Assembly: GCF_000981785.2 (NCBI RefSeq)
Contig: NZ_CP011304.1
Location: 2,250,001 to 2,282,000, forward strand
DNA: 32,000 nt
Direction of reading: 5' to 3'
DNA from: Microcystis aeruginosa NIES-2549
GTDB taxonomy: Bacteria; Cyanobacteriota; Cyanobacteriia; Cyanobacteriales; Microcystaceae
A program made the translations under genes and the position numbers. This document shows, in pieces, positions 1 to 7,549 of this stretch. The notes under the pieces were generated by a model. It was not told the DNA's origin. It did not search any database and was given only the letters and a program-made list of their open reading frames with translations. Position 1 is the first letter of the stretch, and every line of letters begins with the position of its first letter.

Positions 1-1
1 A

Positions 2-187
2 GCCGGAATTGGATGGAATGAGGTAGAATATATCCACTGGGGAGTAAAATTAGGACTTGATCGCTCCCTTCGTCAAGACATCAGCCATCAACTGTTAGGA
101 AATCGTGACACAGCCCCCCTCTGGCAAGGGAAAAAATTCGCCCAAAATATGGAAAATGCCTATTTAAAAATCTGGCAGGGAAATTGA
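2..187 (+). CDS. 3' end (61 codons plus stop) of a gene whose 5' part lies left of the window. The C-terminus resembles SPINDLY / O-GlcNAc-transferase-like (GT41) TPR glycosyltransferases.
   Basis: Frame 2 is open from position 2 to TGA at 185-187. It reads AGIGWNEVEYIHWGVKLGLDRSLRQDISHQLLGNRDTAPLWQGKKFAQNMENAYLKIWQGN. The ...PLW.GKKFA.N.E.AY..IW ending matches what I recall for cyanobacterial SPY-family transferases. It is absent from the ORF track because it has no start in the window. Confidence 0.5.
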   Translation, partial: AGIGWNEVEYIHWGVKLGLDRSLRQDISHQLLGNRDTAPLWQGKKFAQNMENAYLKIWQGN

Positions 188-293
188 CAATGAGAAAGTT
201 ATTCGCAATCAATAAAGTATCGAATCGGGGCAGGAAAAATTCAGCGTCGGGGAGTTTAAAAAGATTAGAGGATTTAATAGAACTCTTGCCAAT

Positions 294-534
294 TAATTAG
301 GGTTTGCTGAAAAAGTTTGTTGCTGGGGTTAGGCTTCGGCCGTGAGCTCAGCGTTCGACTGAGCTCACGCCGAAGTCCGAACGGAGTCGGTCGTCGGGAG
401 TCGAATGAAAGTGCAAGGATTTTGAGTCCCTCGGATCGATTTCTCAACGTTTATTTCTTGCACTTTTTTGACTAAAAAAGTCCCAAAAGTGTTTTCTAGT
501 AATGCTTCCATTAATATTCAGCAAACCCTAATTA
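294..534 (+). mobile_element. MITE copy A (variant subfamily). Core is 300-528, flanked by the direct repeat TAATTA (294-299 and 529-534).
   Basis: Terminal inverted repeats are GGGTTTGCTGAA (300-311) and TTCAGCAAACCC (517-528). The ends are shared with the copies at 4213, 9800, 13579 and 31279. The interior differs: it has no GGGGTGT array and carries a long palindrome at 334-375 (CTTCGGCCGTGAGCTCAG ... CTGAGCTCACGCCGAAG). No ORF. Confidence 0.8.
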
Positions 535-681
535 CTCACCTGCAGAAATGAGATGCTCCCTCTGAACAAGCTTGATGAATTAGGAAGTTATCATTATTGC
601 TTGTATATTTTTGCACATCCTCTGGCTAAAAAGTAGAGCGAGAGGTCAATTCATCCGGAGTCTTGCTGCTTTCTTGGGGGG

Positions 682-1638
682 ATGTTGTTCTCGGCTTTAG
701 TCATACTATATCTAACAATTTTCTCAATATATGATGCTTTCTGGAAATCTTACATACAACAGAATTTATTGATTTATTCTACAGATGGTTTGATGGGAAA
801 CGTAAATCAACTAAGCTTTTTCAGAAAAATTAACATATTTCTTGGGATGTTAAGGAGAGTGCAAGATACACAGATATTATTTTTACTAACAGCAATTGTC
901 TTGATATTAGGAGTACCATTTCTGATATTAAAGCGTGTTTCCTTAAGCCAAAATCAAGAAAAGTACCAGACATTTTGCTTTGTCTATTACAGTTTATTTA
1001 TTTGGGCAGCATCGAGTTATTCAATTATCAGACCGGGGAACGGGTTTACTCATTATTTGCTGTTTCTAATCATACCTAGTGGATTTCTCATCGGTGTTTT
1101 TATAGGTGAACTGGCACAAGTCTTACAAGTGTCAAAATTAACCCGTTCAAACTTAAATTTCTCTCTTTTAACAGGTGTAATTTTTATTACAGTTGCTAGT
1201 AGTTTTTTACAATTTGCCACAACGATAACATCAGATAATGTTTACCTTAATAATCGCCGAAGATTTGCTAGAAATTATCTTAGTCCGATTGCAAAAACTA
1301 TTCTCAAGTATGCTTCTCCTGGTGAATCTATGGCGGTCTGGGGATGGGCATCAGAGCTATATGTTGACACGGGTTTGGTACCGGCGATAAGAGATAGTGT
1401 TTCTCTTTGGCAAATCAAACCAGGTTCACTGCAAGAATATTTTCTGCAAAGATACGCGGAGGATTTCATTAATTCTAATGCTAAGTTATTTGTTGATGCT
1501 GTAGCTCCAAGAATGTTTTTCTTTACCGATAGACAAACTCAGGGACACGAAGTTTTTCCTGAAATTGCTAGGGTTATCAATGAAAATTATCGGCTAGTTG
1601 ATGAAGTTCAAGGAGTTCGTATTTATCTTAAAAAATAA
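682..1638 (+). CDS. Polytopic membrane protein. Possibly the C-terminal two thirds of an ArnT/PMT-like (GT-C) glycosyltransferase, and possibly 5'-truncated.
   Basis: 318-aa ATG ORF, AT-rich, with several hydrophobic helices followed by a soluble C-terminal domain. It lies directly downstream of a glycosyltransferase gene. Upstream (587-700), a second frame encodes TM-like sequence (VIIIACIFLHILWL...LAAFLGG) that would join the ORF with one extra G in the G6 run at 676-681. MITE A lies just upstream. The family assignment is weak. Confidence 0.45.
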   Translation: MLFSALVILYLTIFSIYDAFWKSYIQQNLLIYSTDGLMGNVNQLSFFRKINIFLGMLRRVQDTQILFLLTAIVLILGVPFLILKRVSLSQNQEKYQTFCFVYYSLFIWAASSYSIIRPGNGFTHYLLFLIIPSGFLIGVFIGELAQVLQVSKLTRSNLNFSLLTGVIFITVASSFLQFATTITSDNVYLNNRRRFARNYLSPIAKTILKYASPGESMAVWGWASELYVDTGLVPAIRDSVSLWQIKPGSLQEYFLQRYAEDFINSNAKLFVDAVAPRMFFFTDRQTQGHEVFPEIARVINENYRLVDEVQGVRIYLKK

Positions 1639-1987
1639 TCCTACGCTGCCTTACCTCTTGTTCTTGGTCAAGCAATCACTGGCAACCTAGAAAAGGGTAA
1701 GCGCATCTCAAACGCTGTTGACAATCGGCCAATTTTATGAGCCGATTGCTGTGTAGTCATTTCAAATGATACCAGTCAATCAGAATAGTTACGAACTCGA
1801 CCTATTTGCTCGATTTCTCCTCAAATATGTCTGAATCGTGGGTAGGCGACGAAGAAAAACATGGGGCAATTAAAATCATTTCTATTCAGGGAAGTTTCTT
1901 AACTAGAAAGACTTTTAGTCTTTAGATAATATTAGGTCTAGATATCCTGTTCACCGATTACTGACCTAGGAAATTAACTTGGCACGA

Positions 1988-3910
1988 CTACTTAATTTCT
2001 ACGGGTTCTAAATTGTCGGCAGGAGTAAAACCAAAGAGACGGGAATAAAAATAAAATTCTGCATCTAATGCTCGTTTTATCGATTCAGCTTGACGAAATC
2101 CATGTTGTTCTCCCGCAAAGGGAACGTAAGCGACGGGTAAACCTTTTGCTTTTAGAGCTTCTACCATCATTTCCGCTTGATTGGGTGGAACCACCCGATC
2201 TTCTAAACCTTGGAAAAAGATCACCGGACAGGATAACTGAGCGGTAAAATGAATAGGCGAGCGCTGATAGTAAATTTCCTTTTCTTCGGGATAACGTCCC
2301 ACCAATTTATCTAAATATCTCGACTCGAATTTATGGGTATCGGTGGCTAAAACCTCTAAATCACTAACTCCGTAATAACTAGCTCCTGCTTTAAAAGTAT
2401 CATGAAAAGTTAGGGCTGCTAAAGTTGTATAACCACCGGCACTGCCTCCAGAAATTGCCAATCTTTCCCCATCGACTAATCCCTGATTAACCAAATATTT
2501 TGCCCCGTTGATGCAGTCTTCCACATCGACAATTCCCCAATTTCCCTGCAAACGCTGACGATATTGACGACCATAACCCGTACTACCGCCATAATTGACA
2601 TCTAGATAGCCAAAACCGCGACTGGTCCAGTATTGCACCCGCAGACTTAAACTAGAGGTGGCCGCAGCCGTCGGTCCACCGTGACTTTTGACTAAAAGGG
2701 GCGGTAATTCGCCATTGGGGGCGGTATAATCGGGGTTTTTGGGCGGATAATACCAAGCATAGGCCGTTAGTCCCTGACTGGTGGGAAAAGCGAGCATTTC
2801 CGGAATCGAGAAATAATCGCTAGAAATAGTTAAATTACTGGAAGATTTGAGAATTTCTCTCGTTCCTGTGGCTAAATCCATTGAGACAACCGCCGTTACT
2901 TCCCTGAAAGAACCGCCAATAAAAACTATTTTGTTATCGCTAACTTGTAGGGAAGAAATGTTAGTATCAGCAGTAATAATTTCTCGAAATTCCCGATTAA
3001 CAGTATCGATACTTCCTAAATACCAACGACCATTTTTTGTATAGCTACAAATAATCTGGGATTCCCCAGCAAAACCGTAGTTAGATAAACCAAAAACCCA
3101 ATGAGGATAGGCAAATTCAGCCTCGATGGGTTCGAGAACTTGTTCTATTTGTTCATCGTATTTAAAGCAATAAAAGTTCCAGAAATCATTGCGATCGCTG
3201 GTAAAATATAACTGTTGATCGGCAGACCAGCGCGGTTCACACACCGACTCATTTTCACCACCAGCAATGACCCGAATATTACTCAAATAAAGATTATTAA
3301 TATCCGCCACCCAGAGAAAAGAACTATCCCAAGGCATATTAGGATGATTCCAACTAATCCAAGCTAATCGAGAACCGTCGGCAGTTAAGCGAGGAGAGGT
3401 ATAAAAATCATCGCCAGATACTAAAGTTTCTATTTCTCCTGTATCCACATCGATGCTGACAATACTATTAACCGGTTCCCGATCTTTTTGGCTATGATCT
3501 TCACAAACACAGATTAAACGATTGCGAAATTCATCGAGAATTAAATCCGCATAACGACAGGAATTTTCTGGGGTCAGAGGTTGGGGTAAACTCTCAGCAG
3601 TTTGGCGATAAATTCTTTGGTCGGCAAAATTACAAAAATAGATAATTCCAGCAACAATTAGATAGGAACCTCCCCCGTATTCATGGACACGAGTTCGCAC
3701 ATTAAAAGGTGCTGGGGTGATTTCTGTGGTTGTGCCGTCGGGGTTTAATTTAACTAAAACATTTCGCCCCTTTTCCTGTGGTCTGCCTTCTAACCAATAA
3801 ATATCTTCTCCATCTAGAGTTACACCGCCAAGACTAATCGATGCTGCCACAATTAGATCGGAGGTAATCGGTGATTTCCAGGAACCGTAAGCTGATATTT
3901 GATGAGACAT
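1988..3910 (-). CDS. S9-family serine peptidase (prolyl oligopeptidase / acylaminoacyl-peptidase type) with an N-terminal beta-propeller region.
   Basis: 640-aa ORF with ATG at 3910 preceded by AGGAG. The C-terminal alpha/beta-hydrolase triad context is present: GGSAGGY (nucleophile Ser), GLEDRVV (Asp) and GEQHGF (His). Confidence 0.85.
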   Translation of the reverse strand: MSHQISAYGSWKSPITSDLIVAASISLGGVTLDGEDIYWLEGRPQEKGRNVLVKLNPDGTTTEITPAPFNVRTRVHEYGGGSYLIVAGIIYFCNFADQRIYRQTAESLPQPLTPENSCRYADLILDEFRNRLICVCEDHSQKDREPVNSIVSIDVDTGEIETLVSGDDFYTSPRLTADGSRLAWISWNHPNMPWDSSFLWVADINNLYLSNIRVIAGGENESVCEPRWSADQQLYFTSDRNDFWNFYCFKYDEQIEQVLEPIEAEFAYPHWVFGLSNYGFAGESQIICSYTKNGRWYLGSIDTVNREFREIITADTNISSLQVSDNKIVFIGGSFREVTAVVSMDLATGTREILKSSSNLTISSDYFSIPEMLAFPTSQGLTAYAWYYPPKNPDYTAPNGELPPLLVKSHGGPTAAATSSLSLRVQYWTSRGFGYLDVNYGGSTGYGRQYRQRLQGNWGIVDVEDCINGAKYLVNQGLVDGERLAISGGSAGGYTTLAALTFHDTFKAGASYYGVSDLEVLATDTHKFESRYLDKLVGRYPEEKEIYYQRSPIHFTAQLSCPVIFFQGLEDRVVPPNQAEMMVEALKAKGLPVAYVPFAGEQHGFRQAESIKRALDAEFYFYSRLFGFTPADNLEPVEIK

Positions 3911-3996
3911 TTTCTCCTAGAGCAGTGATCCTAATGGTGAACTAACTTGATCAGAAAGGCTGATAAATTAAGAAAATTTCGAGTAAACAGGACAAA

Positions 3997-4019
3997 GTAG
4001 GGATTGGCTGCATCCCTAC
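3997..4019 (-). terminator. Hairpin downstream of tRNA-Pro; possible intrinsic terminator.
   Basis: GTAGGGAT / ATCCCTAC form an 8-bp stem with a 7-nt loop. On the minus strand the hairpin is followed by CTTTGTCCTGTTT, a weak and interrupted U-tract. Confidence 0.4.
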
Positions 4020-4041
4020 CTAACTCTCTGTTTTCCTGCAA

Positions 4042-4115
4042 TCGGAGCGGCGGGATTCGAACCCACGACCCCTACTACCCCAAAGTAGTGCGCTACCAAG
4101 CTGCGCTACGCCCCG
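4042..4115 (-). tRNA. tRNA-Pro (anticodon UGG).
   Basis: The minus strand reads CGGGGCGTAGCGCAGCTTGGTAGCGCACTACTTTGGGGTAGTAGGGGTCGTGGGTTCGAATCCCGCCGCTCCGA. It folds as a full cloverleaf with a 7-bp acceptor stem, GTTCGAATC T-loop and anticodon loop TTTGGGG. CCA is not encoded. Confidence 0.93.
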
Positions 4116-4131
4116 ATATTGAACCTTAACC

Positions 4132-4160
4132 ATCATAGCGATAATCGCGGCATTTTGCAA
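4132..4160 (-). promoter_or_regulatory. Sigma70-type promoter candidate for tRNA-Pro.
   Basis: The minus strand reads TTGCAA (4155-4160), a 17-nt spacer, then TATGAT (4132-4137). The -10 element ends 16 nt upstream of the mature tRNA 5' end. Confidence 0.5.
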
Positions 4161-4212
4161 GCTTTTTTTTTCTTCCTTTCTCCCCCATCCCCGGAATTAG
4201 TGGCCGGCTATC

Positions 4213-4451
4213 TAGCTAGGGTTTGCGGCAAAAAGTTGTTCGTGGGGACAGGGTGTGGGGTGTGGGGTGTGGGGTGTGGGGTGTAGGGTGTAGAGTTTTA
4301 CCAGTTTTGAGGTGGCCAATTACCTAATTTTCAGGGAAAAAGTGCCTAAATTTCCCCCCGATCACTCCCATATCTGGGACTTTTTGATTGACAAAAAGTC
4401 TAAAGGTCTTACCCAATAAGGTTTTTAGATTTATTCAGCAAGTCCTAGCTA
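4213..4451 (+). mobile_element. MITE copy B. Core is 4219-4445, flanked by the direct repeat TAGCTA (4213-4218 and 4446-4451).
   Basis: About 90 percent identical by eye to the copies at 9800 and 31279. It contains about five GGGGTGT-type heptamers (4247-4285). Its right end supplies the last two codons and the stop codon of the adjacent monooxygenase gene. Confidence 0.85.
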
Positions 4452-5670
4452 ATTGGGGAATACGTCCTTTTAGTCCCGTCATTAATTGCAGGGCAAACAA
4501 TTTCAACGGGGGGAAACCGCGCATCATTGCCAATCCGAGACGACGGATGACAACGATAGGCGGCCAGTTATTGGAGAACAGGCGATCTAGAAAATCCGTG
4601 AAGCCTAAAATCGCTAAATTCTCCGATCTACGCCATTTTTCGTAGGATTTTAGGGTAGAAAGCGCTCCTATATCTTCTTGCTTTTCTACTGCTTCCTTTA
4701 ATACCTGCGCTAAAGCGGCTGCGTCGCGAATGCCTAAATTTAAACCTTGACCACCGACGGGATGACAACAGTGAGCAGCATCACCAATTAAAGCCAGTCG
4801 GGGTTTAACATAAGTATCACTCTGCATTAACTGTACGGGAAAGAGAGCGCGGGAGCTAACTAATTCCAGTTTTCCCAGTAATCCCCCCGTATATGCCTCT
4901 AATTTGTCAAGAAATTCCCCTTCGGGCATTTCTTGCAGTTTTTTCGCTTCCCCATGGGGATTTGTCCAAACGATCTGACAGCGATTACCCTGGAGCGGTA
5001 AAATGCCCATCGGACCGGTGGGCCAAAATCTTTCAAAGGCGGTATCGTTGCGATCGAGTTGATGTTTAATGGTGAAAGCGACACAGGATTGCCAATACTT
5101 CCAACCTTTGGTTTTAATTTGCGCCCCTTGTCGGATAGCGGATCTGGCCCCATCGGCCCCGATGACTAATTTTGTGGTGATTTTTCGGGTTTGACCGGCT
5201 TCTTCCAGGGTGACAGTGGCTGTTTCTGCTCCGTACTCCACTTCTAAGACTTTAGCAGGGGATAACCAGTCAATGCGATCGCAATCTTGGCTGGCCTTGT
5301 GCAGGGCGGTTAAAATCACTTGATGTTCGCCCACATAGCCCAAATAATCGGTTTTTAGCTCATCGACCACAAAGGGGACAAAAATCGGGTAATCGGCATC
5401 AGAAAGGCGAATATGACGAAATTTACCGATACTGGGCGAGATTTTATCCCAGATACCCAAGCCTGTAAAAATCCGGCTCGACATCAGCGAGAGGGCATAA
5501 GCTTGACGACGGGAGGCGGCCACCTCTAGGGGACGTTCCTCGATCATAGCGATATTTAATCCTGTATTTTTTAAAGCCACCGCTAGGGTGGTCCCGACTA
5601 TACCGCCCCCGACAATGATTAAATCGTAGCTGTCCCGTCCTAACATATAAATATTTTTCTCAAAGATCAT
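4435..5670 (-). CDS. FAD-dependent monooxygenase of the UbiH/UbiF/Coq6 family (prenylquinone ring hydroxylase type).
   Basis: 411-aa ORF. It has an N-terminal dinucleotide fold (DLIIVGGGIVGTTLA), a GADG motif (VIGADGARS) and a C-terminal GD motif (LIGDAAHCCHPVGGQGLNLG). An alternative start is the ATG at 5646 (MLGRDSYDL...). Confidence 0.85.
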   Translation of the reverse strand: MIFEKNIYMLGRDSYDLIIVGGGIVGTTLAVALKNTGLNIAMIEERPLEVAASRRQAYALSLMSSRIFTGLGIWDKISPSIGKFRHIRLSDADYPIFVPFVVDELKTDYLGYVGEHQVILTALHKASQDCDRIDWLSPAKVLEVEYGAETATVTLEEAGQTRKITTKLVIGADGARSAIRQGAQIKTKGWKYWQSCVAFTIKHQLDRNDTAFERFWPTGPMGILPLQGNRCQIVWTNPHGEAKKLQEMPEGEFLDKLEAYTGGLLGKLELVSSRALFPVQLMQSDTYVKPRLALIGDAAHCCHPVGGQGLNLGIRDAAALAQVLKEAVEKQEDIGALSTLKSYEKWRRSENLAILGFTDFLDRLFSNNWPPIVVIRRLGLAMMRGFPPLKLFALQLMTGLKGRIPQLARTC

Positions 5671-5854
5671 CAGTGACTACAATGATCTATTCTGACACGA
5701 TTTTCGGGGTTGCTGTCGGGTTTGATCGTCTTCACCCCACCTAGCCATTGATAGACTTTCAAGGGTTTTGTCCTTTGCCGAGAGTTTCGGGTTAGGGTTA
5801 AGTAAGTGTTTTGGCTCTCTGGCAAGAGCGCCCCTCGTCAACTAGGAAATCACC

Positions 5855-6697
5855 ATGGAACTTTATCAACGAATAGCCGATTTTTATGACTCCTCTAGTG
5901 GACTATGGGAAAGGATTTGGGGCGAACATATGCACCATGGTTACTACGGTCGCGGCGGCAAGATTAAACTCGATCGCCGTCAGGCACAAATTGATTTAAT
6001 AGAAGAATTATTAACTTGGGGTGCTGTCACCGGTGCTAATCAGATTCTCGATGTAGGTTGTGGTATTGGTGGCAGTAGCCTTTATCTGGCCGAAAAATTT
6101 CACAGTCAAGCGGTGGGGATTACCCTTTCCCCGGTACAAGCCGCTAGAGCCAGCCAAAGAGCGCAAGAGTTCAATTTAGAAGAACAAGTCAGTTTTTGTG
6201 TGGCTGATGCCCTAAAAACCCCTTTTCCTGACGATAATTTTGATCTGGTCTGGTCATTGGAAAGTGGCGAACATATGCCCGATAAAAGGCAATTTCTGCG
6301 GGAATGTTATCGGGTTTTGCAGCCCGGGGGGACTTTTTTGATGGCTACTTGGTGTCATCGTCCCACCACTTCCCTGGCCGGTAATTTAACGGAAGGGGAG
6401 ATTAAACTATTAAACGAGATTTATCAGGTTTATTGTCTGCCCTATGTGATTTCTTTGCCAGAATACGCCGATATTGCCCGTGAAGTTGGCTTTCGAGACC
6501 TAAAAACCGATGATTGGTCCCTATCGGTGGCGGCCTTTTGGGATGTGGTGATTGATTCGGCCTTAACCACAGATGCGATCGCTGGTTTGTTAGCAAGCGG
6601 TTACACTACTATCCAAGGAGCTTTATCTTTAGGGTTAATGCGGCGCGGTTACGAGTCGGGTTTAATTCGTTTTGGCCTACTGCAAGGGAAAAAATAA
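5855..6697 (+). CDS. SAM-dependent methyltransferase; gamma-tocopherol methyltransferase-like (Synechocystis slr0089 type).
   Basis: 280-aa ORF. As I remember it, the sequence is collinear with Synechocystis gamma-TMT: FYDSSSGLWE..WGEHMHHGYYG, RRQAQIDLI, SAM motif ILDVGCGIGGSSLYLA, WSLESGEHMP, ATWCHR, YCLPYV and GLIRFGLL. Confidence 0.8.
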   Translation: MELYQRIADFYDSSSGLWERIWGEHMHHGYYGRGGKIKLDRRQAQIDLIEELLTWGAVTGANQILDVGCGIGGSSLYLAEKFHSQAVGITLSPVQAARASQRAQEFNLEEQVSFCVADALKTPFPDDNFDLVWSLESGEHMPDKRQFLRECYRVLQPGGTFLMATWCHRPTTSLAGNLTEGEIKLLNEIYQVYCLPYVISLPEYADIAREVGFRDLKTDDWSLSVAAFWDVVIDSALTTDAIAGLLASGYTTIQGALSLGLMRRGYESGLIRFGLLQGKK

Positions 6698-6700
6698 AGG

Positions 6701-7331
6701 CTGATCTCTCCATTTCTTTTTAACAAAACTTAACAATTATTGGCAAAATTTTGCTTGCTTTTCTGGGGAGATTTTGAGATAATATTTTTAAAAGATTTTA
6801 TTCATAATGGAAATATTGACAATCATCTAAATTGGCACAGATTCCCATTATAAGAAAAGCATAACGCAAACCGCCGCCTAAGTCAAGCCCTTTCCCATAC
6901 TTATGGGTGCGAATTTCCAGAAATCAAAAAAAGGCTTTGGTGGGGGGCAGTGATCAGGTAGAACCTGAAAGGAGCGTTCCCAGGTAGAACCTGGGAACGA
7001 GATAAAAGTCGAATTAAATCCTGTTTTTGTTCGGCGGTGATCCCTTCTGCGCTGATCTCTCCATTTCTTTTTAACAAAACTTAACAATTATTGGCAAAAT
7101 TTTGCTTGCTTTTCTGGGGAGATTTTGAGATAATATTTTTAAAAGATTTTATTCATAATGGAAATATTGACAATCACTAAAATTTGCACAGATTCCCATT
7201 ATAAGAAAAGCATAGCGCAAACCGCCGCCTAAGTCAAGCCCTTTCCCATACTTATGGGTGCGAATTTCCAGAAATCAAAAAAAAGGCTTTGGTGGGGGGC
7301 AGTGATCAGGTAGAACTGGGGAACGAGATAA
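6701..7331. repeat. Tandem direct duplication with a 351-bp period of non-coding sequence. Copy 1 is 6701-7005, copy 2 is 7052-7331.
   Basis: About 280 bp are repeated with only a handful of differences: ATCATCTAAATTGGCACAG versus ATCACTAAAATTTGCACAG, CATAACGC versus CATAGCGC, and A7 versus A8. Each copy ends in a GGTAGAACCTGGGAACGAG palindromic motif, which is itself doubled in copy 1. Confidence 0.9.
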
Positions 7332-7384
7332 TCTTCAAGCAAGATTCTGTATTTCTAAAATTCTACACTTAGGTTTTCCTAAAA

Positions 7385-7458
7385 TGGCTCAGGGCAGATT
7401 TGAACTGCCGACCTTGGGCTTATGAGTCCCCTGCTCTGACCAACTGAGCTACTAAGCC
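7385..7458 (-). tRNA. tRNA with anticodon CAU (elongator Met, or Ile2 if lysidine-modified). Not an initiator.
   Basis: The minus strand reads GGCTTAGTAGCTCAGTTGGTCAGAGCAGGGGACTCATAAGCCCAAGGTCGGCAGTTCAAATCTGCCCTGAGCCA. Acceptor, D and T arms are good and G1-C72 is paired. The anticodon stem has only three G-C pairs, flanked by G27.A43 and A31.G39. Confidence 0.85.
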
Positions 7459-7477
7459 GTTCTTTACACAGCTATCA

Positions 7478-7507
7478 ATCATAACACACAGTCACCCAAT
7501 TGCACAA
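7478..7507 (-). promoter_or_regulatory. Possible promoter for the CAU tRNA.
   Basis: The minus strand reads TTGTGC (7502-7507), an 18-nt spacer, then TATGAT (7478-7483), 19 nt upstream of the tRNA 5' end. It lies between the upstream terminator and the tRNA. Confidence 0.35.
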
Positions 7508-7511
7508 GAGC

Positions 7512-7542
7512 AAAAAAGGGAAGATTTTTTCTTCCCTTTTTT
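7512..7542 (-). terminator. Intrinsic terminator of the M23 peptidase gene, bidirectional in form.
   Basis: AAAAGGGAAGA (7514-7524) pairs with TCTTCCCTTTT (7530-7540) around a 5-nt loop. The hairpin is flanked by an A-run and a T-run and starts 8 nt past the stop codon. Confidence 0.8.
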
Positions 7543-7549
7543 GCCCTCT

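Noticed and set aside
190-300. 37-codon ORF (MRKLFAINKVSNRGRK...) whose stop codon is formed at the MITE A boundary.
   Set aside because: After in-silico excision of the MITE it extends by only 10 codons. It has no recognisable motif and is too short to support.
550-562. A 13-nt exact match, GAGATGCTCCCTC, shared with 30648-30660. I considered it as the ends of another mobile element.
   Set aside because: Tens of chance 13-mer matches are expected between all position pairs in 32 kb. The flanking sequences show no further similarity.
1639-1987. A 350-bp convergent intergenic region with small hairpins (AATCGGC...GCCGATT, AAAGACT-TTT-AGTCTTT), considered as an sRNA or gene remnant.
   Set aside because: The stems are short, with no flanking promoter-like boxes or U-tracts and no ORF with any motif. 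The evidence is insufficient to call a feature.
4388-4645. 85-aa plus-strand ORF.
   Set aside because: It starts inside MITE B and continues antisense to the UbiH-family gene, so it is an artefact of the insertion.
6878-7087. 69-aa minus-strand ORF in the tandem duplication.
   Set aside because: It spans the junction of the two repeat copies and translates the palindromic GGTAGAACCTGGGAAC motif. Its highly basic, low-complexity composition makes it unlikely to be a real gene.
6701-7384. The tandem duplication considered as attL/attR of an element integrated into the tRNA(CAU) gene.
   Set aside because: I could not find any copy of the tRNA 3' segment (TGGCTCAGGGCAGATTTGAACTGCC or its complement) in 6701-7384. 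No integrase gene is nearby.
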